Virus record (IMG/VR): IMGVR_UViG_3300020045_013166
Span: 1 to 32,911 of that record
DNA: 32,911 nt
Direction: 5' to 3' (one strand)
From: a virus
Taxonomy: Duplodnaviria; Caudoviricetes
A program made the translations under genes and the position numbers. The first letter of the stretch is position 1. The number at the start of each line of letters is the position of its first letter. The notes under the pieces were generated by a model that saw only the letters and a program-made list of their open reading frames with translations, did not search any database and was not told the DNA's origin. Below are positions 27,883 through 32,911 of the stretch, piece after piece.

Positions 27883-28201
27883 CCCCGTCTACGACAAGCT
27901 CAAGCAGGTCGTCCAGGTTCTGCTTCCCGGCTTCGGAGCCCTGTATTTCTCCCTGGCCGCGCTGTGGGATCTGCCGGCCGCCGATCAGGTCGTGGGTACT
28001 TGTGCCGCTCTGGCATTGTTCCTCGGCCTGGTTCTTCAGGTCAGCTCGCGTTCGTACAACGGCCCTGACAAGTTCGACGGGGCCATCGAGATCGTTCCGA
28101 CCGAAGCCGGGGGAAAGGGATATTCTCTCGCCCTGAACGACAGCCCCGAAAGTCTGGACGGCAAGACCGAGGTGCGTTTCCGGATCGACAACCAGCTGTA
28201 G
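27842..28201 (+). CDS. Holin (Dp-1-like)
   Basis: LSSPVYDKLKQVVQVLLPGFGALY..LWDLP..QVVGT..LFLGLVLQVSS pattern with two TM segments. Confidence 0.75.
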   Translation: MSDSSTSTALQLSSPVYDKLKQVVQVLLPGFGALYFSLAALWDLPAADQVVGTCAALALFLGLVLQVSSRSYNGPDKFDGAIEIVPTEAGGKGYSLALNDSPESLDGKTEVRFRIDNQL

Positions 28202-28203
28202 CC

Positions 28204-28236
28204 TCGCAGACATTACATCTCCTATAATGAGACCCC
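28204..28236 (+). promoter_or_regulatory. Conserved promoter motif 1 (TCGCAG-N13-TATAATGAGACCCC)
   Basis: One of six copies with identical spacing. TATAAT at 28223. Confidence 0.8.
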
Positions 28237-28253
28237 TAACATAGGAGACCGAA

Positions 28254-28538
28254 ATGTTTGAGAAGACGCCCGTTGCAAAGACGGAGCTCGAAAACGCCAT
28301 CGATCGCCTGCTCACGCACATGACCAAGTTTGATCCCGACTCTGACGAGTTCGAGAAGATGACCGACCAGGTCGTCAAGTTGCACACACTCAAGGAAGCT
28401 GAAAAGCCCGAGAGTCTGTCGATTGACGCCAAGGCCACCATCTTCGCGAACCTCGCCGGAATCCTGTTGATTCTGAACCATGAGCGCGCAGGCATTGTGA
28501 CGTCCAAAGCTCTGTCCTTCATCACGAAGCTTCGCTGA
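28254..28538 (+). CDS. Cassette 1 small protein (94 aa), hydrophobic C-terminus
   Basis: AGGAG RBS. Lies between promoter motif and hairpin. Confidence 0.8.
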   Translation: MFEKTPVAKTELENAIDRLLTHMTKFDPDSDEFEKMTDQVVKLHTLKEAEKPESLSIDAKATIFANLAGILLILNHERAGIVTSKALSFITKLR

Positions 28539-28564
28539 CAAGATCGACCCCTGCTAGTCCCTCG

Positions 28565-28612
28565 ACACCCATACCACGTATGAGCCTAACCGCTTACACG
28601 TGGTATGGGTGT
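28565..28612 (+). terminator. Hairpin 1, loop CTAACC
   Basis: 15-bp perfect outer stem ACACCCATACCACGT/ACGTGGTATGGGTGT plus inner TGAGC/GCTTA. T-rich downstream. Confidence 0.75.
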
Positions 28613-28636
28613 TTCTAGCATGCTTTATGTTTTTGC

Positions 28637-28670
28637 TCGTAGGATTTACAAGGCCTATAATGAGACCCCC
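28637..28670 (+). promoter_or_regulatory. Conserved promoter motif 2
   Basis: TCGTAGGATTTACAAGGCCTATAATGAGACCCCC. Confidence 0.8.
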
Positions 28671-28687
28671 TACGAAAGGCCACTGAC

Positions 28688-28915
28688 ATGTTCAACCGCC
28701 AACTGACCGTCGGTGTTACCAAGACTCCTCGCACCAGCAAAATTGCTGACGACAACGCAGTCCCCAACCCGTACCTCGATCCCGAAACCATGATCCCCAT
28801 GGCCAAAGATCTGGTGCTGGATGGAGCCAAACTTGCCGCCGCACTTTACGCAGGCGCAAGAGTCCTGAACACCGCGTGCAAGATCGCCGAGATCGCTGCC
28901 AAAGCCAAGTTCTGA
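28688..28915 (+). CDS. Cassette 2 small protein (75 aa)
   Basis: GAAAGG RBS. Bounded by promoter motif and hairpin. Confidence 0.75.
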   Translation: MFNRQLTVGVTKTPRTSKIADDNAVPNPYLDPETMIPMAKDLVLDGAKLAAALYAGARVLNTACKIAEIAAKAKF

Positions 28916-28928
28916 GTCCCCAACCGAC

Positions 28929-28947
28929 AAGCCCCTAACACGGGCTT
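28929..28947 (+). terminator. Hairpin 2, loop CTAACAC
   Basis: AAGCCC-CTAACAC-GGGCTT. Confidence 0.7.
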
Positions 28948-28956
28948 TAGGTTTCC

Positions 28957-28988
28957 TCGCAGGATTTACAGGGCTTATAATGAGACCC
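28957..28988 (+). promoter_or_regulatory. Conserved promoter motif 3
   Basis: TCGCAGGATTTACAGGGCTTATAATGAGACCC. Confidence 0.8.
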
Positions 28989-29006
28989 TCTACTAAGGAG
29001 ACTGTT

Positions 29007-29291
29007 ATGAACCGAATCAAGAGCGTTCTGACCACTATCAAAAACGACATCAAAAACGACCCTACTACTTATGCCATTGCCGCTATCACCGGACTTACCG
29101 TTGGTGTTCTGGTTGCCGTTGTTCTCGCAAATCAAGACTATACCGTCAACGAATGCGAGAGCACCGACGGACCACTGCACCTCGGTCTTACCGAAGAAAT
29201 CGCCAATTTCATGAAGGAGACGGGTACCAAAGCGTCGTTCGAGACCCCGGTCGGAAACTTCCTGCTCGAATACCAGACCCCCACTGTTTAA
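29007..29291 (+). CDS. Cassette 3 small membrane protein (94 aa)
   Basis: AAGGAG RBS and ATG at 29007. TM segment YAIAAITGLTVGVLVAVVLA. Confidence 0.75.
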   Translation: MNRIKSVLTTIKNDIKNDPTTYAIAAITGLTVGVLVAVVLANQDYTVNECESTDGPLHLGLTEEIANFMKETGTKASFETPVGNFLLEYQTPTV

Positions 29292-29299
29292 CCTCAATC

Positions 29300-29326
29300 C
29301 CTAAATACCCTAACACGGTATTTGGG
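29300..29326 (+). terminator. Hairpin 3, loop CTAACAC
   Basis: CCTAAATACC-CTAACAC-GGTATTTGGG followed by TTTT. Confidence 0.75.
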
Positions 29327-29332
29327 TTTTCC

Positions 29333-29365
29333 TCGCAGGAATTACAGGGCTTATAATGAGACCCC
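29333..29365 (+). promoter_or_regulatory. Conserved promoter motif 4
   Basis: TCGCAGGAATTACAGGGCTTATAATGAGACCCC. Confidence 0.8.
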
Positions 29366-29392
29366 ATCCGTTATTCCTCAAAGGAGAACATC

Positions 29393-29587
29393 ATGGACAA
29401 CACCGACATCACCGAAGACTACACCTCTGCTGACATGGTCAACGACATTCTCACCGAAACCGCCAAGGTTGCCGCATCCGTGCTGGCAGGCTACGTGGTC
29501 CTCGGTGTGACCTCGCTGACCATCATGAAGATCAAGTCCATCCGTGACGCCCGCGCTGCCAAGAAGCTCGAATCCATCGAAGACTGA
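29393..29587 (+). CDS. Cassette 4 small membrane protein (64 aa)
   Basis: AAAGGAG RBS. TM segment VAASVLAGYVVLGVTSLTIM. Confidence 0.75.
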   Translation: MDNTDITEDYTSADMVNDILTETAKVAASVLAGYVVLGVTSLTIMKIKSIRDARAAKKLESIED

Positions 29588-29598
29588 TCTACCCTCAG

Positions 29599-29627
29599 AC
29601 TCATAAACCCTAACCCGGTTTATGAGT
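29599..29627 (+). terminator. Hairpin 4, loop CTAACCC
   Basis: ACTCATAAACC-CTAACCC-GGTTTATGAGT followed by TTT. Confidence 0.75.
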
Positions 29628-29635
29628 TTTCCTTG

Positions 29636-29668
29636 TCGCAGGAATCACAAGGGTTATAACGAGACCCC
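29636..29668 (+). promoter_or_regulatory. Conserved promoter motif 5 (-10 = TATAAC)
   Basis: TCGCAGGAATCACAAGGGTTATAACGAGACCCC. Confidence 0.75.
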
Positions 29669-29692
29669 ATCACTTCCCACAAGGAGATAGAC

Positions 29693-29869
29693 ATGAACAA
29701 GCACCTGAACACTGCGAAGAAGTTCGTTGCCCGTCACCGCGTCGCAATTGCCGTCACTGCCACAACCATCGTGTTGACCGCAGTCCACGTCAAGATCGTC
29801 GCGAACACCAACGAGTTCCTCGAAGAAAAAGGCCTGCTCGAAGAGTTCTACGCCCTCGACGAAGACTGA
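29693..29869 (+). CDS. Cassette 5 small membrane protein (58 aa; not in ORF track)
   Basis: AAGGAG RBS. Translates as MNKHLNTAKKFVARHRVAIAVTATTIVLTAVHVKIVANHNEFLEEKGLLEEFYALDED. Confidence 0.75.
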   Translation: MNKHLNTAKKFVARHRVAIAVTATTIVLTAVHVKIVANTNEFLEEKGLLEEFYALDED

Positions 29870-29881
29870 TCCACCCCTCTC

Positions 29882-29910
29882 GCTCGTACACCCTAACAAG
29901 GTGTATGAGC
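29882..29910 (+). terminator. Hairpin 5, loop CTAACAA
   Basis: GCTCGTACACC-CTAACAA-GGTGTATGAGC followed by TTTCCGTTTTT. Confidence 0.75.
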
Positions 29911-29947
29911 TTTCCGTTTTTCCACCATCCTCCAAAGGAGACCTCCG

Positions 29948-30346
29948 ATGTCCGAATCTCTTCAGAACTTCTTCATGTACGTCGGTATTTTCACCACCGG
30001 CGTGTTCGGCTTTCTGCTGTTCTGCACGGTGGCGTTCTTCTCGCTCCTGCTCGAGGACCAGTGGAGGGTGCACCGCAAGGCCCGATACGCGCAGCATCAG
30101 AAGGCCAAGCTCACTTCCGTTCCAAGTCAGGAGGTGATCGAGAACTTCTTCCCGATGGAGTCCGACGATATTCGGGCCGAACGTCAGAGTCAGGAAGCCA
30201 TCGAGGTTCTCCGAGCTCGACTCCAGCGAAACGACGAGACCGTGGTCGCTGCTGCCGGATGGGAGACCGAAGGCGCCACCGTGTCATATCCTGCATTCAA
30301 CATGAAGGGCGAAGTCATTGAATCTCGCGGCGCTCACAAAGCTTGA
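29948..30346 (+). CDS. Hypothetical membrane-anchored protein (132 aa)
   Basis: AAAGGAG RBS. N-terminal TM segment. Confidence 0.7.
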   Translation: MSESLQNFFMYVGIFTTGVFGFLLFCTVAFFSLLLEDQWRVHRKARYAQHQKAKLTSVPSQEVIENFFPMESDDIRAERQSQEAIEVLRARLQRNDETVVAAAGWETEGATVSYPAFNMKGEVIESRGAHKA

Positions 30347-31082
30347 GAAGTTCGCTGTCGATAACTCTCCTGCAATTCTCACAGCGATCGGAGTGACCGG
30401 TGTCGTTACCACCGCCGTACTTACCGGGAAAGCCACCGTCAAGGCTGTGGAATTGGAGTTTCTGGACGACTACGATACGAGGGATCGTGGGAACCGAACC
30501 TGGACCGCAAAAGAGCGAGTCGAGCGTCACTGGAAGCTCTATATCCCAGCAGTGGGGTGCGGAGTATTCACGATTGCAGCGATCGTCAGCTCAAATCGAA
30601 TTGGAACTCGTCGAGCTGCTGGTATTGCAGCTGCGTATACCGTCTCTGAAAAGATGTATACCGAGTACCGAGACAAAGTAGTTGAGAAGCTGGGAGCTGA
30701 CAAAGAGCGGGCTTTGCGTGACGAACTTGCTCAGGATCGGGTGGATCGTAACCCGGGCGGTTCCCAGATCATCATCACCGGCACCAAGGTTCTTTGCTAC
30801 GACTCGTACACCGGGCGATATTTCGAGTCCAGCATGGCTGAGCTACAAAAGGCTCAGAACGACCTGAACGTTCAGGTGATCAACCAGCAGTATGCCTCGC
30901 TGTCCGATCTGTACAATCTGCTGGATATTCCCAAGACCAGTGCATCGGACGAGCTTGGCTGGACGCCTGAACAACTGCTTGACATGAAGTTCTCTACCGT
31001 CTTGTCCGAGGACGGTCGTCCCTGCATTTCCGTCGACTACCACCTCGACGCTGTCCGCGATTACTGGCGCAACAACCACTAG
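30318..31082 (+). CDS. Conserved hypothetical phage protein (possibly DUF6353-like)
   Basis: NSPAILTAIGVTGVVTTAV..YDSYTGRYF..ELGW pattern seen in this phage group. Family assignment is from memory only. Confidence 0.6.
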   Translation: MNLAALTKLEKFAVDNSPAILTAIGVTGVVTTAVLTGKATVKAVELEFLDDYDTRDRGNRTWTAKERVERHWKLYIPAVGCGVFTIAAIVSSNRIGTRRAAGIAAAYTVSEKMYTEYRDKVVEKLGADKERALRDELAQDRVDRNPGGSQIIITGTKVLCYDSYTGRYFESSMAELQKAQNDLNVQVINQQYASLSDLYNLLDIPKTSASDELGWTPEQLLDMKFSTVLSEDGRPCISVDYHLDAVRDYWRNNH

Positions 31083-31093
31083 AAAGCGATTCC

Positions 31094-31738
31094 ATGCCTG
31101 CGAAGAAGACGATCACGTACGAGGGTCTCGACGGTAAGCAGTACACCGAGACCTTCTGGTTCAACCTGTCCAAGGCGGAGATCGCCAAGATGGAGCTCGT
31201 GGCAAAGGGCGGAAGTCTTTCGGCCTTGCTTCAGGAGATCATCAAGAACAACGATCCGGCCGGCATCATCAGCACGTTCGAACTGATCATCCTGAAGTCC
31301 TTCGGCAAGCGGAGCGAGGACGGCAAGCGGCTCATGAAGTCGGACGAGCTTGCCGAGGAGTTCAAGAACTCGGACGCATATTCCGAGTTGTTCATGGAGC
31401 TGGTGACCAACGCGGAGAAGGCTGCAGAGTTCATTGCTTCTGTCGTTCCTCAGGAGGTGCAGGATCACCTGAAGAAGGGCGGGGGTACCGTCCCGGCGGT
31501 TGCGGATATTCAGCTTCCGCCGACCCGTGAGGAAGAAAACGCCAGCATCATCGCGGAAACGCCTTACCTGCAGCCGGGTCAGAACGCTCCGTACCTGGAG
31601 CTGCCGGCCAAGGGCAACGGTCCGCTGATCGAGTTCGGACCGTTCGAGGGTCTCACGCAGGAGCAGGTCAACAACATGTCCAAGGACGAGCAGGCCACCT
31701 ACATCACCAACCCGGAGGCATTCAAGCAGCAGGCGTAG
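31094..31738 (+). CDS. Conserved hypothetical phage protein (214 aa)
   Basis: KKTITYEGLDG..FWFNLSKAEI..SFGKRSEDGKR..AYSELFMEL. GC3-biased codons. Confidence 0.75.
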   Translation: MPAKKTITYEGLDGKQYTETFWFNLSKAEIAKMELVAKGGSLSALLQEIIKNNDPAGIISTFELIILKSFGKRSEDGKRLMKSDELAEEFKNSDAYSELFMELVTNAEKAAEFIASVVPQEVQDHLKKGGGTVPAVADIQLPPTREEENASIIAETPYLQPGQNAPYLELPAKGNGPLIEFGPFEGLTQEQVNNMSKDEQATYITNPEAFKQQA

Positions 31739-31744
31739 CACGAC

Positions 31745-31898
31745 CATATTTAAAGGGAGCTAGCAAGGGCCCTCTGGGGGTCTCACCCTATTCCGGATGC
31801 TAAGCTTTAAACGACAGCCGCGTTCAGCCGTAATGGTGGACCCTGCGGCAACATGCGCCCTGAGTTATTCACCCAACTAAATAGAACGGGGAGTTCTA
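31745..31898 (+). ncRNA. Candidate structured RNA / cis-regulatory leader
   Basis: 160-nt intergenic gap with several pairings: TTTAAAG/CTTTAAA, TAGCA/TGCTA, GCCGC/GCGGC, and TAGAAC/GTTCTA around the RBS. Family not recognised. Confidence 0.35.
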
Positions 31899-32333
31899 AT
31901 GGCTGATGGTCTAACCAGCGTCACACAAGCAAAAGCCCTGGCACAGTCAATCGACGAAGCCATGTTCGCCGAAGCTACTTTGACCGGTGGCAACAAAGAA
32001 GAGCTGTTGGACCTCAGACAGCAAATCGACATGGCGCAAGATCAGTACGATGATGCCGCTACGCAGCTCTCCAACATCAAAGATTATTTTGATGGGCTTG
32101 TTGAGATTCTTGCCGAAAACGAGTTGCCCACGGCAAACGAAAAAGGCGCTTCTGCAATCGCTGAGTCGGCCATGACTCAGGCAAAAGCCTTGTACGCTAA
32201 GGCCGACGAAGCGTTGCAGATGTACGACAAGTTGGTGGCACTGACCAAAGAGCTACACAAGCTGGGTCAGGGGATGCTCACGGAAACCACTGCTCTTAAC
32301 GGGCAGATCATCATCGTAATGACCAGGAAATAA
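31899..32333 (+). CDS. Acidic helical/coiled-coil protein A (144 aa)
   Basis: GGGGAG RBS. Heptad pattern. Paralog of the next gene (YF..L..IL..NELPT). Confidence 0.75.
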   Translation: MADGLTSVTQAKALAQSIDEAMFAEATLTGGNKEELLDLRQQIDMAQDQYDDAATQLSNIKDYFDGLVEILAENELPTANEKGASAIAESAMTQAKALYAKADEALQMYDKLVALTKELHKLGQGMLTETTALNGQIIIVMTRK

Positions 32334-32362
32334 CACAACTCATCCACGGGAGAAGAACTATC

Positions 32363-32791
32363 ATGAGCGATGTGAACACGGTCCAGGAAGCCATGCGAGC
32401 AATTGTCCACGCGGGCAGCAGCATGTCTCAGCAGTCAAACTACGTCAGCGAAATCAACACCAGGCTCGAGGAAGCAATCACTTCGAGCGAGTCCATCAAG
32501 CTCGACATCGATTCCAACATGCAGACCGTCGACATGGTGGCGGCGTATTTCGAAAAGCTCGCCGGCATTCTGGGTCAGAACGAGCTGCCGACGGAAGACG
32601 AGGAGTCGATCAAGAATCACTCCGAAGAGCTTTCCGCTCTCGGCAAGGAGGTGGCTTCTAAGTTCGAGGAGTTTGTCGGTCAGGTCAAGGCCGCCATGGA
32701 GACACTCGAAAGCATCAACGAAGGCTGCGCGTCCGTGACGGACAAGGCCGACGAAGTCGCGGGAGAAATCAGCAACCTCGCCAGCAAGTAG
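32363..32791 (+). CDS. Acidic helical/coiled-coil protein B (142 aa)
   Basis: GGGAG RBS. YFEKLAGILGQNELPT matches YFDGLVEILAENELPT. Confidence 0.75.
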   Translation: MSDVNTVQEAMRAIVHAGSSMSQQSNYVSEINTRLEEAITSSESIKLDIDSNMQTVDMVAAYFEKLAGILGQNELPTEDEESIKNHSEELSALGKEVASKFEEFVGQVKAAMETLESINEGCASVTDKADEVAGEISNLASK

Positions 32792-32795
32792 GGTC

Positions 32796-32829
32796 TCGCA
32801 GGATTTACGGGGCCTATAATGAGACCCCC
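32796..32829 (+). promoter_or_regulatory. Conserved promoter motif 6
   Basis: TCGCAGGATTTACGGGGCCTATAATGAGACCCCC. Confidence 0.8.
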
Positions 32830-32845
32830 TACTAAGGAGCCCGAC

Positions 32846-32911
32846 ATGACCAAGACCAACGTTGCCAAAAACGCCGTGAAGCTTGTCGTCCAGTTCGGCA
32901 CCGGCATGATC
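32846..32911 (+). CDS. Small cassette gene, truncated by window end
   Basis: AAGGAG RBS. MTKTNVAKNAVKLVVQFGTGMI... Confidence 0.6.
   Translation, partial: MTKTNVAKNAVKLVVQFGTGMI

Noticed and set aside
28204-29915. CRISPR array
   Set aside because: The repeats are degenerate and separated by 270-430 bp gene-containing units. No cas genes are present.
28204-29915. Classical integron with attC sites
   Set aside because: No tyrosine integrase in the window. The hairpins lack recognisable attC R/L box organisation, and each cassette has its own promoter. Kept only as an analogy.
31745-31898. tRNA or tmRNA
   Set aside because: No cloverleaf, T-loop GTTCRA in context, or CCA end is identifiable.

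Overview
Structural and early-gene region of a long-tailed actinobacterial siphovirus. Its gene content resembles the group of Rhodococcus ReqiPepy6/Poco6 and Arthrobacter AM/AU-, Streptomyces BI- and Gordonia DJ-type phages; this is recognised by eye, not by database search. The window has two arms joined back to back at ~9236. The left arm (1-9235, minus strand) runs small terminase, HNH, beta-helix tailspike, acidic peptide, endolysin, head-tail adaptor, GDPD virion protein, an HYG-leader protein, large terminase, two more HYG-leader proteins and the portal start. The right arm (9236-32911, plus strand) begins inside a second, synonymously diverged terminase allele. It continues with one HYG-leader gene, portal, a basic protein, a protease-scaffold-capsid fusion, head-tail and tail genes (two tail-tube paralogs, 1713-aa tape measure), a holin cluster and an early region. 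The join is probably a chimera of two sister genomes. Best candidates for new biology: (1) a polymorphic family of putative capsid-cargo proteins sharing an LxH-[YF]GVxGMKWG leader, which vary in copy number and C-terminus between the two alleles; the LxH motif also recurs in the capsid precursor linker as a likely protease site. (2) An array of single-gene cassettes, each with a conserved TCGCAG-N13-TATAATGAGACCC promoter and a hairpin whose stem varies but whose loop always starts CTAAC. (3) A structured non-coding leader at 31745-31898 ahead of two paralogous helical proteins. (4) A probable ACG start codon.
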